NCBI GenBank assembly: GCA_964016885.1 | Contig: OZ024746.1 | Location: 84,320,001-84,384,000, forward strand | Length of the DNA stretch: 64,000 nt | Reading direction: 5' to 3' | Source: Eledone cirrhosa | Taxonomy: Eukaryota | Part shown: one piece after another, positions 1 to 12,911 of the stretch | Layout: the number at the start of each line of letters is the position of its first letter | Position numbering within the stretch: the stretch's first letter is position 1 | Notes under the pieces: generated by a model | What the model saw: the letters and a program-made list of their open reading frames with translations, nothing else | Databases searched by the model: none | Told to the model about the DNA's origin: nothing | Made by a program: the position numbers and the translations under genes

Positions 1-50
1 GTCATCAAGCACAGCAAAATAAAAATCCTCGCAGATGATTACGTGTATGC

Positions 51-196
<146 letters not shown>

Positions 197-534
197 CATT
201 GTTATTTTATTGTTTAACAATAGGTCAGCTCTGATCAATCAAAGATGTGATCGAAGGCGTTCCAGTCGTAACTAAACTGTGTTTATTGGAATTGTAGAAT
301 CTATAGAATGCCGGGAAAATGCCTTGTGGTATTTGTTCCTACTCTTTATGCTCTATGTTGAAACACTGGCTAGGTCAACCTTGACTTTAATCCTCCGGGA
401 TCAATAAAATAACGTATCAATCGAGTGCTAAGTCGATTGTTTCCACTAATCCCTCCCTTCAAATTTCTACCTGTGCTAGAAAGGATTGTTGTTGATGTGG
501 TTGTTGCTGTTACTTCCTCTGTTGTTTATATACG

Positions 535-830
535 CGTCATGGGCGAAAGGTTAAGAAGTCGCTTCATAATCATTTGGTTCCGGGTTCGATCTCACTATAT
601 GCTATTTTGGGCAAGTGTCTCGGGACCCATTCCTTGTAGTGAAATAGGGTAGACGGAAACTGTTTGGATGCCCGTCGTATTGACTACGCCTCTAACTCAA
701 AGGGTCAGCCTTGTCACACACTGTATCACGTTAAATTTTTCCGAGTTTTATGTTATGGCTACACGTGTCTGTGGAATGCTCAGCCACTTATACGTTAATT
801 CGTCTTATAGGTCCTTACGTCGTGACTCTA
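535..830 (+). mobile_element. tRNA-derived SINE family C
   Basis: B-box gggttcgatctc, then gggcaagtgtct...gtagacggaaactg. Related copies at about 15170-15420, 61185-61335(-) and 62545-62720. Confidence 0.7.
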
Positions 831-2866
831 ACCGTCGCGTTGATTGAATATACCGCTTTCTTTTTAGCAGAAGAGAAAGCAATGACAAACAACACAACCA
901 GAAACCAGCAGTTATATGTTTCACTAAAATGTTTAGTATTATAAGATGTATTATTCACTACAGTTATAACTTAGCTATTACAGGTTTTGCAAAATCAATT
1001 ATTTAGTAGTTATAATCTAACTATTGACTTACTCAATATGTAACAAGTGTTAAAATTAATCTAATATTTACATAACCTAATACAATGAAAATATAAAAAT
1101 ACAGACTTATAAACTAAAAAGAGAAAAACTTATATTAAATTGCTTGTTCTTATGAGTATATAAAATGGTGGGTGAGTGATGTCTTCTCTTGTGAAAATGG
1201 ATATAGCTTTTATTATGTAACATCTCCCCATTTTGCCTCATTTCTCTCCGTTTTGGGGCACTTTTTTAATGGTACTCCCTGTTTGAGTTTTTAGAGTTTG
1301 GCAGGTCTGAGGATAATTTTGTGGGTTAGTGTAATTGCAGTTACTGTTATTACTAAATCCATTTTCATTTAATTTAGTAATTAACTTTCCATTATTTCAA
1401 TATTATATTTTTTCTTAATCCCTATTAACATGATTTCATTACTTTTCTTTAGACACTTACTTAAGATCTACTTTCTCACTTCCTCGAATAATTCTAGTAG
1501 CGTTACTATGCGAATATTTTACAATTTGGTTCTGAATATATACTAAATATATACTAAATTCACAGATTCTCTGCGAATTTACCCATTTTATTGTTATTTT
1601 TTAATTTCATTTTTATAATTTTGATTTCTAATTTTTGATTCTGTAACAGGCAGATGTCACACAATTTTCCAATTTACTGATCTACTAGATATGGCCTAAT
1701 ATATTTAGAAATAGATATAGCATGGAGTTGTCCGTTTTCCTTTTTTTTCTGATTCTATTCGTCTCTTTACATTTACTAATTTTCAATTATCTCATCCTTT
1801 TTCTTCCATCACATTCACTAATTTTCAGTAACTAATATTTTATTATCTTCTCACTTCTTCAAATAATCTAATTAAATATACATTTGTTTTGTGTCCGACG
1901 TCAGCTCTGTAAGAAAAATTAATTTTTCTTGGCACATACATTGTTGATCTGACTTGAGAGTTGGTCGTACATTATAGAATTTCATTTATACGAATGGAAC
2001 TCTGCTTACAGGCAATATAAAACTATATCAATAATCAACATTTAGCGATAATCGACTTTTACGAAAGTGAAAATTAGGCCATTTCAAAATATGTCTATTT
2101 ATTTATAATTTAACGTCCATAAGCTATGCTACCTTAAGTTTATGAAATATTTTCGAATTATCTAAATTATGCGTTTATAATGTTTCATATTAACAGGTTC
2201 TTGCACTCTTAATTTCATGAAACCCATAGATATGAACATACTACATCTATTCGTTATAGCTAGCCTACATTTAATATGTTTCTTAATAGATGTAACTAGA
2301 AAAAGATTTATATATATTTAATTACTTTAATGCCTAACATTTCTCCTGACATATTTATATTTAATTACGAAAAACAATCTTTACAGGATTCTGACTTCTA
2401 GCTAAAGATTGAATTGGTTATTCAATTCCAAATTAATATTTCCGTTTCAAATAGACAATACTTGATATACACATAAACTAGTGCTGAAAATAGCAATCAG
2501 TCACTGATTGATTTACTCCGATCTCACTCCCACCCTCATTCATCCAATACTCCCATTTCCCTCCTTCGTTTTACATTATCTTGCTCACGGCTTCCATCAA
2601 GTTTATATTCTACCCCAACCAACCATATATGGTGTCTACCACATTATGTGTTCTCAATACTCTTTTACCGAATTGACAGAGCCGTTAGAATGTCAGATAG
2701 AATGCTTTCCGGTATTCGGTCCGACTCTCTGCGTTCTGAGTTCAAATCGTGCCGAAGCCAACTTTGTATTTCATTCTTTCAAGGTTATAAAAGAAGAACC
2801 AATAAAGTACAAGAGTCAATTATTCCACAATGTCTCTCTTTCTATCTATCTATCTATCTATCTATC

Positions 2867-2947
<81 letters not shown>

Positions 2948-3005
2948 AATTCTCTCTCTCTCTCTCTATCCCTCTCTCTCACTCTCTCTCTCTTTTAAAT
3001 TTCGT

Positions 3006-3038
<33 letters not shown>

Positions 3039-3266
3039 GTATATATATATTTCCTTTACGTTCTATAGTCTAACTTATTGGTAGCTGGGTTTATGATTCA
3101 CTCATTCCGATCAGCAGATCATGATGCAATAAGCTAAAACACAGGAGGGCAATGCCGTAGTAGGAATAGCATGACTAGCCCAGGTAGCCTCCGTATAACT
3201 GATTCTGTATTTAGATTTTGCTGTGCTCCAGTAAGGATTACTTAACTAAATCTATTATGTTAATAC

Positions 3267-3339
3267 CATCTGATGACGCCGGTGATTATTTTGCGCCATT
3301 GTCTGATGACGTAAACCGACCACAGAAATACGTATTATG
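3267..3339 (+). ncRNA. Candidate hammerhead ribozyme near a 3' end abutting (TA)n
   Basis: cau CUGAUGA ... (second CUGAUGA at 3303) ... GAAA uacgua UU aug. Palindromic AUACGUAU stem III; stem II is unclear. Confidence 0.4.
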
Positions 3340-3376
3340 TAATTACGCAACACTGAAGTTATTGGGACCTGGCCTT

Positions 3377-3462
<86 letters not shown>

Positions 3463-3513
3463 TATATAAGTATGTATATATATTACAATTCTCTATCTCT
3501 CTCACTACATATA

Positions 3514-3550
<37 letters not shown>

Positions 3551-3552
<2 letters not shown>

Positions 3553-3581
3553 ACTCGGACATGACACCCTTAATTTAATTT

Positions 3582-3653
<72 letters not shown>

Positions 3654-3682
3654 AAATTAAATTAAGGGTGTCATGTCCGAGT

Positions 3683-3684
<2 letters not shown>
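3551..3684. repeat. Perfect 34-bp inverted repeat with (TA)n spacer and (TA)n flanks
   Basis: caactcggacatgacacccttaatttaattttgt (3551-3584) and acaaaattaaattaagggtgtcatgtccgagttg (3651-3684). Confidence 0.95.
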
Positions 3685-3730
<46 letters not shown>

Positions 3731-4897
3731 TTATATGCAAATACACATACACACATAAATATTTATGTGTAAGTGTATATGATTGTATATATATACATAT
3801 ATATTTTTATCTGTAATGATATGTTTGCATGTGTATTTGTGTATATCTTTGTGTGAGTATGTGTGAGCGTGTGTGTGTGTGTCTGTGTGTTTGTGTCTGT
3901 GTGTGTGATATATGTAAATCCATGAAAATAAGACCAGTAGACCATGTAATGTGTTCATTGGTGTCTGCATCAGAAAACAAGATAACCAATTAGCAGCCTG
4001 CCATCACTGCATGTCTCACCATTACTTACTTATGATCTTATTGTTCACAAGAACCGCCAAGTAGCGAAAAGTTTCTGTGAACAACCTATTAGTTTTGAGT
4101 CAACGGGCGAACATGTAAATAGTCATTCGACATGAAAGATATAACAGTTAAACATCTCTTTCATATTACTATGTAAACTTAGCCGTGTGGTTGCTTCGAT
4201 ATGAATCTGTTTTATTACTCCACGTCGTTTTTTTTTTTTTTTAATAAATTGACCCTTTTGTTACCGCTTTTCTAATGAATGAAATACTTCGTATTTTAGT
4301 TAGTTAATGAAAGATTTGGAAAGGATTTACTGAAATTGTAGTTTCATTAAAATGGTATTTGTAACATAACAAAATGTTCTTTTGTATAATTTTGTTGGAA
4401 AGTTTTAATACACTTGTAAGTAGGAACCCTAAAGGATTGTTTTGTTTCGTAGAAGCAGATATAGTTTTGGAAGGGTTAGTATCAAAAGTGTTAAAGAACA
4501 CATTTTTTAATATACTTATAATATACTTATAATGGCTTATATATAACTGTTTGAGAACATCTAAGACACCTTTGATCGACATTCCATATAACGAAGTCAA
4601 ATCTCCTTTAAATTATTCCTCGTCGTCTCGAAAATTAATTTAAGAACACATTATTTAATAGAGCCCCGTGTGTAGTTTGTTTATATAAGACAGTGTGTGG
4701 ATGTCTAGGACACCTTTGAGGAAGTAAACTTCGCTGATGCAGATTTATCAAGACTACAATCTGCTCAAATTCATTCGTTTTTTTTCTGCCACCTTCACCT
4801 GCTAAAAGACTCGTCAAAATTCCCTCAAAATTTCACACTACCAACCTTTAAAAAAAAACAAGAGAAAGTTATTAGTAAATGAACTCATAGATATCCC

Positions 4898-5092
4898 TAA
4901 TAATTGTTTCTACTTTAGGCACAAGGCCAGCAATTACCCAGTGCATTACTGGTACTTTATTTTATCGACCCCGTAAGGATGAAAGGCAAAGTCAACCTGG
5001 GCGGGATTTGAACTCAGATCGTAAAGGGACGTCACTATGCTGGAAAGCATGGCGTCCGACCCTCTACCGATACTGCCAATCCACCGCCCTTT
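4898..5092 (-). mobile_element. tRNA-derived SINE family A (Deu/Nin-like central domain), nested in a family B SINE
   Basis: Reverse complement contains a B-box-like gagttcaaatccc, the core tttgcctttcatccttacggggtcgataaaataaagtaccag and the 3' end ggccttgtgcctaaagtagaaacaattatta. Confidence 0.85.
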
Positions 5093-5952
5093 ATAATGAC
5101 GAGGTGGCCACATCTAGAATACTATGCTAGGCCTATTCGTTAAGGACTAACCAAATGTTAAACACCAATATATTAGTTCTTTGTTTCAAGTACTAAAGAA
5201 ACCAATATTGTCTTTTGCACGAAGACAAGTGCAGTAGAACGAAATATAAGCACTTCAGCTTACAATAACAGCTATATCGACTTAACGAGCGAGCCTTTAT
5301 GTGGCCTCTCGACTGGTTAGTATTAGTAGCCAAATCAACGTCAAACCATAATCTAACGTCTTATAAAGAAAATAAGATGCATTAGACAATGTGATCCCGA
5401 GTTTCTTGCATATAGGGAAAAAACAGGATGATCGTGTTTGGAAGGCTTTGATCATAGATCTACTCGATCGTGGCTGACCTGAAATTAAACAACATTAACA
5501 ACAACAGCTAAGCAGGACTTGGTGGTTCGTGTGTTAAATGTCTTGACCACAAACACAACAACGCAAGTGCGGTTAACAAACTACGAACGTCGTCGACATC
5601 TCGACTGAAAGTCTCACTGCTCTATTAACTTAACGATCCACAACTTCTCCATCATTTTATAACCTGTATGATAAATGTCAGCTTTGACGTGATTATTACT
5701 GACATTCTCTTATCTTATCAATTCGATCAAATTACTGAAAATACATATATAAATAATCATTTCTTTATGTAGTGATAGCTAATTGATATCGTTTTTATCA
5801 TAAAAATAAAAGAAGCAAACATGTTTCAATGTCAAAACCTTTAAATCCCAAAGATCGCCAACAATTTCTGGCGTTCAATATTTTCTCCTGTTTTTCGTTT
5901 ATAATTTTTTTATTTTTTATGCATCTGAACTTCTACTTCTGCGAGGAGACAG

Positions 5953-5990
<38 letters not shown>

Positions 5991-6663
5991 GGTGTGTGTG
6001 TTAGTGTGTGTGTGTTTTGGTGTGTATGTGTGCATGTGTGTGTGAGAGTGCTTGTGTGGTATGTGTGTAGTTTTTATTTTTAATCCTTAGTGAATATTTC
6101 ATCCTGTTTTATCTTATTATTATTGCTCCTTACTCAAGCTCACTTTCTCCCCCCCCCCCTCTCTCTCTTTCTCTCTCTCTCTTTATCTTTTTCTCTCTCT
6201 CTCTCTCGCATTTCTCTCTAGTATCCATATGTTTATTAAATGCTGCGACCAGTGGTCAATGAAAATGTACACAAATTAAGAAAAAGGTCAGACAGCATAT
6301 AAGTATCCATATATCTGTTAAATGTTGCGACCTTCTATTAACACCAGCTGATGAATCTCATGGCTGTACTTTTTATTAAGTTGATCGGTTTGCAGAAACA
6401 CAACATGTCACGGTCAAATATATATGTATATTTATTTGAATACATTTATGTATTGAATTAATATTTTGTGTTTTATTCTGTCTATAAAATTCTAGATATT
6501 ATTTTATTGAGCACTCTCACGGATGACTGCATCGAGATGTATTTCTTGGAGCATACCAGACTCTTGTATCGAATCCTAGTCAGTTTTCTTTAGGTTTCCT
6601 AGCCGTTTATTTAGGTTTATTGTCTTCTTTATTAACATACCCTAACTACATATATACACACAT

Positions 6664-6698
<35 letters not shown>

Positions 6699-6984
6699 CA
6701 CACACACAAATACGCGCGCGCGCGAAGCCACGCATCTCTCCGTCTCATAAGTTATTGTAAATAAACCTTTTTAAAGACTCCATTTTCAACTTCTCTTTTC
6801 TTTATATATATCTACATGTATATCAGAACTTTCTAGAAATAACTTGAACATGTAATCGTGAATAATACTATCATACAATAGAAAGCAAAAACAATAAACC
6901 ACTCAGAAATCATTTCAGACCCTAATAAATATACTTTTTTCTTTGACAGTACACTCACACACACACTTACACACACATACATAT

Positions 6985-7059
<75 letters not shown>

Positions 7060-7370
7060 ATCCCCGTTGACATTTACTATGTTTGACTTGTTTTATCAAC
7101 TGACCTGGAAGGTTGAGATACAATTTTCTGCTACTTAATTTCCACTATGTTAAAACGCACCATATTGTGTAATGTAATATGTTGCATAGATTCTGGTCTC
7201 TCACCTTATATCTGTTAATATTTTTATATCTTATGATTCCACTTCCTGCACTTATCACGTTATCGCATTTATTTATGTTTCCCCTATATCTCCGTATTTT
7301 TCTCTTTTATCTCTTATTTATGGGTGTCAGTATTTCTTTATACTCCCCCAACACCAACACCCATGCATAC

Positions 7371-7420
<50 letters not shown>

Positions 7421-7481
7421 TACATACATACACACATACACACATACATACATACATACATACATACATACATACATAAAC

Positions 7482-8275
7482 ACAGACCATAGAGGGGATA
7501 AACCACTCAAAAAGCCTGGCATGGAGTTCCGACAAGTTTATAACATCACACCTTGAGGGATATCTCTATGTAATACAGGAACAAGAACTCCCTACCAAAT
7601 ATCTGCTGCACAAAAGAGGAGGGCCAGCAGCTGACAATAAATGTAGGCTATGTAAAACAAAGATCGGAGATATGAGTCACATTGTTGCCAGCTGCGAAAG
7701 AATGTCATCTCGCTACTACCTCCCCATGTGACACGATGGGATAGCTAGAACCATCTGGAACGCACTTCGGAAAACAAAATTAACAACAAACGAGGAAGAA
7801 TATATTGAGACAGATGGCACTAAGGAATACTGGTGGAACCTGAAAATAAAAACTGCCACCAAATTAAAGCACAACCGGCCTGATATTGTTGTTTGGGACC
7901 ACACATTGAAAACGTGTTCTGTTGTGGAGATCAGCTGCCCACTTGTGTAAACGTTGTCAGAAAAATACAGGAGAAGGAGGACATCTACGGACCATTGATG
8001 AGGAGTTTACAAATCCAGTAACCAAGATACACCTTTAGCTTCATACCCATCATTATTGGAGCTATGCTTGGATCAAAGTATGACTGAACTTGGATTTGCG
8101 GACAAAGAGCGCAGCTCCCTAATTCATAGTGTACAAATGGCTGCGATAGCTGGCACCTTCAAAATTTGCAAAACATTCTTGCGATTCAAGGGATGACAAT
8201 TTCTTTTCTTTTACAACCTTGCCACCAGGAAGGTGGCCGGTCAAAAAATATACTCGAAATTAAGATAAAGACATA
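7482..8275 (+). mobile_element. 5'-truncated R4/Dong-like non-LTR retrotransposon (RLE clade), decayed
   Basis: Manual translation gives EGYLYVIQEQELPTKY...KCRLCKTKIGDMSHIVASC (CCHC knuckle), M*HDGIA (RHD motif with CGA>TGA), WWNLKIKT...HNRPDIVVWD...VVEISCP (PD..E endonuclease) and ...FIPIIIGA...KICKTFLRF. It has stops and a frameshift and is flanked by (TACA)n. Confidence 0.88.
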
Positions 8276-8389
8276 ACATACATACATATATACATATACA
8301 TACATATATTTACAATAATGAGTAGGAAAGGAATGAAGTATCAATATAAAATCAATATATTTATTCACATGTGACGCGTGTCTCACGAT

Positions 8390-8535
8390 TGATCAGCTCA
8401 AGGTATAATCGACTGCGATCGGGATCGACTCTGGAATCGATAGGTCATCAAACTTGTGGATTCTCGAAATCGACATGTCTGATGAGCTATCGATTCCAGA
8501 GTTGGACCACTATCGTTCGTATTTTGAGCTGATCG
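8390..8535. repeat. Imperfect ~145-bp hairpin (MITE-like)
   Basis: gatcagctcaa/ttgagctgatc and actctggaatcgatag/ctatcgattccagagt form nested inverted pairs. Confidence 0.65.
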
Positions 8536-8599
8536 ATGTTATATTGATACTTCGTGCCTGCTCCTTATTATTATTGTTCTTCTTTTTATTATTATTATT

Positions 8600-9115
8600 A
8601 AATACGTTCTGGGTCCAAATTCCGCCGATCTTAGCTTTGCCTTTCATCCTTATGGGGTCGATAAATAAAGTACCAGTGAGTACTGAGGTCGATTTAATCA
8701 ACTTTCCCCTCTACTTCAAATGCCTGGCCTTGTGCCTAAAGTAGAAACAATTATTATTATTATTAGGGTAAATTGGCAGTATCGGTAGAGGGTCGGACAT
8801 GCTTTCCAGCATAGTTACGTCCCTTTACGAATCTGAGTTCAAATCCCGCCGAGGTTAACTTTGTCTTTCATCCTTACGGGGTCGATAAAATAAAGTACCA
8901 GTAATGCACTGGGTAATTGCTGGCCTTGTGCCTAAAGTAGAAACAATCATTATTAGTGTGCTTTGCATAGGAGTTATGGCCCTTTTGGTTTTGAGTTCAA
9001 ATCCCGCCAGGTTAACTTTGCCTTTCATCCTTACTGGGTCGATAAAATAAAAGTACCAGTAGTGCACTGGGTAATTGCTGGCCTTGTGCCAAAAGTAGAA
9101 ACATTATTATTATTA
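8600..9115 (+). mobile_element. Three head-to-tail SINE family A copies
   Basis: Three repeats of ttcaaat.ccgcc...ctttcatcctta.ggg.tcgataaa.taaagtaccag...gtagaaaca(tta)n. Confidence 0.88.
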
Positions 9116-9789
9116 TCATTAACACTCTGCTTCAATGGTGAAATACCAAACGTGGAGTCCCACACCCATAGCCTGATTCACATATTAGCATTCAGTGCTC
9201 AAACTGGTGAATCAGTGAATCATCAGTAACTTAACATTACGCACCAATACACTATACTTCGTTATCTCAAATTAGAATTCACCGCCTAAGCGGGGGTTAC
9301 CACCCTTGGAGTAAACCACGTGTCTGTGGCGACATTTAAAGCTACAAGATACCCACTCAGGCTAAGAACGAAAGACTTGCTGAAGAAGTAAATCCTATGT
9401 TCTGTCGTCAAAAACCATTATATTGCAGACTCCTGCAATAGGAATTTGTCGATCTTGGATTTACAGTAACTTAGCGGTGATGTTGGATGCAATATGTGAT
9501 GTATATTGTTGATATACGATGTAAGTTATATATTTTGTACTCAGCCTCACCGCTATGTCCAGGTCAGTATAAAATCTTTTCCTGGGTCCTGTATTTTCGT
9601 TGCTCTGGTGATGCGGCTGGACTGCCGACCGCTATATCTGATTTGCTAAGCTGTCTGAACGTAATGTTATTACTCTGGGGTCTTTCCTCATCTGAGTGCT
9701 CAAGCTACAGACCGATTATGCATATACGCTAGCTTGGCCGTATTCTAAAGCTTCGTCAATGCTGTACTAAAATTTATATATATGTATAC

Positions 9790-9846
<57 letters not shown>

Positions 9847-9909
9847 CATACATATATATATATATACATATATATATACATATATATATATATATACACA
9901 TATATATAC

Positions 9910-10019
<110 letters not shown>

Positions 10020-10061
10020 TAAAAAAATTGGACACTACCGTAAACTCTTGGTAGATTTATC

Positions 10062-10118
<57 letters not shown>

Positions 10119-10264
10119 AGGTGTATTATTGGTAGCATTATTAAGTTCTCCACGCTTTTGTATATCTCCATTTCCATTTATGGGAACAGCTAGATGATGT
10201 AAAACGGAGTATTTGTATCAAAATAAAGATCCGAAGGCATGATATAAATTTCCAATCATTTTAA

Positions 10265-10338
10265 TCACGACACATGTTTCAATAAGAGATAGATCGATCA
10301 TGCGGCCATGATCGATTATCACTGATCTCCTCAGGTGA
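10265..10338 (-). ncRNA. Type I hammerhead ribozyme (left arm)
   Basis: Minus strand reads ucac CUGAGGA [insert with hairpin aucgaucaug-gccg-caugaucgau] GAAA caugug UC guga. Stem I is ucac/guga and stem III is ACA/UGU. The base of stem II pairs poorly. Confidence 0.65.
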
Positions 10339-11293
10339 AAATGAATTGTCTTCAAATTCTTGATATGAGGGAGAAAATTTAACGATGTTCACTCACTAGA
10401 GTTTTGTCCCCCATATGAAGATTAAGCAGCCAAAACACGCCGGCTGCTATCGTCCTCAGTTAGGGTCATAAAACTATCAAGTCTCTATCTCTCAATAGCT
10501 GTAAAAGACGCTGAACGGGTCTAATCTCAACATCAAATCTTTAGAATTACGGTCGGTCACAGTTAGTGTGAGTGAGCACACACACACTCACACACACCGA
10601 CGCGAGGTCGAAGAAAAAATATATATACCATCATAGTATTCACCGAAAGTTAGTTTACAAAACAACATGGCGGTTGCTTGCACGCACAGATTTGGGGACT
10701 CAGATTCTCAATGGGACAACGGCACATACAGAGTTCGATATGAGCTGACTACTTGCTCTTCACATGGATGTGTATATACCAAAACATACACGTTTTTAGA
10801 CGATACAGATGTGTATATACCAAAACATACACTATTTACAATTCAATCGATACACGTATAGCAGAACATTCAACTGAATTTACTTGCGTGTGTATAGGGT
10901 TGCGGTTGACCCAATTTCTCCAATTTACATCACCAAATTGAGATTTGATCAATATAACATTTGTTGTTTTGTAAACTAACTTTCGGTGAATACTATGTTG
11001 GTTTGTATATATTTATTTCTTCGACCTCGCGTCGGTGTGTGTGAGTGTGTGTGTACTCACTCACACTAACTGTGACCGACTGTAATTCTAAAGATTTGAT
11101 GTTGAGATTAGACCCGTTCAGCGTCTTTTACAGCTATTGAGAGATAGAGACTTGATAGTTTTATGACCCTAACTGAGGACGACAGCAGTCGGCGTGTTTT
11201 GGCTGCTTAATCTTCATATGGGGGACAAAACTCTAGTGAGTGAACATCGTTAAATTATCTCCCTCATATCAAGGATTTGAAGACAATTCATTT

Positions 11294-11366
11294 TCACCTG
11301 ACGAGATCAGTGATAACGATCATGGGCGCATGATCGATCTATCTCTTATTGAAACATGTGTCGTGA
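11294..11366 (+). ncRNA. Type I hammerhead ribozyme (right arm)
   Basis: ucac CUGACGA ... GAAA caugug UC guga, the mirror copy of 10265-10338. Confidence 0.65.
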
Positions 11367-12107
11367 TTAAAATGATTGGAAATTTATATCATGCCTTCGG
11401 ATCTTTATTTATATATATATATATATACTGTACCGATTGTGTTATTATTTCTGTTTACCTTTTACATATATATATGTATATAATCTGTAGGGGTCTTTGA
11501 ATTAAAAATGTCTCTTCATCTTGTTCCCTGTCTTATAGTATTATACATGTTTACTTAAGCTTGCTAGGTTATTTCAAAGAAATTTTGATTTTCACTTTTG
11601 GGTCCATATGTGCCGTGAGGTGGTACTGAACCCAGCACCACATGATCGCAAAACGAAATCCTTAACCTGACATAATTTTCATATCATTTCTTTGCCTAAT
11701 ATTTCATAATTATATATTATCTTGCTAGCGCCTCATTAGATACTTAGAATTATCCACACCTTATATTTATATAGTGCTAAAATCTATAATTAATTATTTT
11801 CTTCCTGTTGTTTTAGAATATGATTTTTTTTTATAGAGTTATTGCCGATCAATAATCTTATTTAGTGTTGTTTTGAAATATTATAATTAGTGATGTTATT
11901 TACAGTTATATATATATATATATATATATATTATGTGTGTGTGTGTGTGTACATATATGTATGTACATATATATATATATATGTGTGTGTTACAGTCAAT
12001 GACGTTATAAGCTGAATACATATATATGTTTTCTCAAAAAATTGTTTTTCCGTTCCTTTCTCATCTCACTCTTTATCTTTCTATTTCATCTTTTATTTCT
12101 CAATCTA

Positions 12108-12143
12108 TCTTCTGATGAAAGACTAGTGTTCAAAACGTAAAGA
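12108..12143 (+). ncRNA. Degenerate minimal hammerhead (same family as 56366-56401)
   Basis: ucuu CUGAUGA aagac-uagu-guuc aAAA cg UA aaga. G12 is replaced by A, so it is presumably inactive. The downstream ~100 bp align with the reverse complement of 56275-56365. Confidence 0.55.
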
Positions 12144-12279
12144 CTCTTTTCCTACTGTATCAAGCGTAAAACTAATATATTTCCTCATTGTACTGTGTTG
12201 TTTGCCATGTTGTTTCCGTTTACATTTTGCATAAAATATTATATATATATATGTTCAGTTTATAACGTCATTGGGTGTG

Positions 12280-12330
<51 letters not shown>

Positions 12331-12590
12331 GAAAAATAAAAAATAAAAGTTACGGGCGAAAGAGGGGAATACCCATCGTCAGTTGTCTGCTAGGAATCAT
12401 AGGTATTTCTTCGCGTTAGAGACAAGATACCTCGGCCTAGGGCGAACAATAACTAAAATAAGTTATTGGGATAAAAAAAAGGGGGGGGGGGGGGAGAAAA
12501 ACATGTAAACAGAAGCGAAGGGTGAAGCAACGTAAAGAGAGGTAAATTAGGAAAAATATCAAGTCAACAGTTCATTTCGGATGTAAGAAG

Positions 12591-12753
12591 TGGCGAGTTT
12601 GACGAGAGAAAAAAGACACGTCTTCAATGTCGCCATGTTAGTGAGAGAAGAGACAGCTCACTTCCTCCCTCGTCCACCACTGTAAATCAGTCTCTTCTCT
12701 CGCTAACATGGCTACAGTGAAGACGTGTCTTTTTTCTCTCGTCAAACTCGCCA
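12591..12753. repeat. 64-bp inverted repeat with ~35-bp spacer at the end of a TA-flanked element (about 12330-12760)
   Basis: tggcgagtttgacgagagaaaaaagacacgtcttca... and ...tgaagacgtgtctttttt ctctcgtcaaactcgcca are reverse complements. Confidence 0.9.
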
Positions 12754-12822
12754 TTTTATTTATATATATATGTGTGTGTGTGTTTGTGTGTGTGTCTGTG
12801 TGTGTGTGTGTGCGTGTGTGGT

Positions 12823-12860
<38 letters not shown>

Positions 12861-12911
12861 TGTGTGTGTGTGTTCAGTTTATAACGCCATTGGCTGTGTA
12901 ATATATATATA

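Larger units (their letters stand above)
10116..11410. mobile_element. Fold-back (inverted pseudo-LTR-like) element between (TA)n tracts, Penelope-like
   Basis: Arms 10221-10667 and 10962-11410 are near-identical reverse complements around a ~294-bp spacer. The left arm has an extra ~105-bp outward tail. Each arm has a hammerhead core. Confidence 0.8.

Noticed and set aside
6344-6415. CTGATGA...GAAAC hammerhead candidate
   Set aside because: Stems I and II do not pair convincingly; at best a heavily decayed copy.
8478-8535. CTGATGA as a hammerhead core
   Set aside because: No downstream GAAA/UH with a pairable stem I; it is part of a hairpin arm.
8600-9115. Regularly spaced repeats resembling a CRISPR array or tRNA genes
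   Set aside because: They are tandem SINE copies with tRNA-derived A/B boxes in a eukaryotic context; there are no unique spacers, cas genes or full cloverleaf.
11170-11260. Second CTGAGGA in the long inverted-repeat arm
   Set aside because: No matching GAAA box or stems could be identified.
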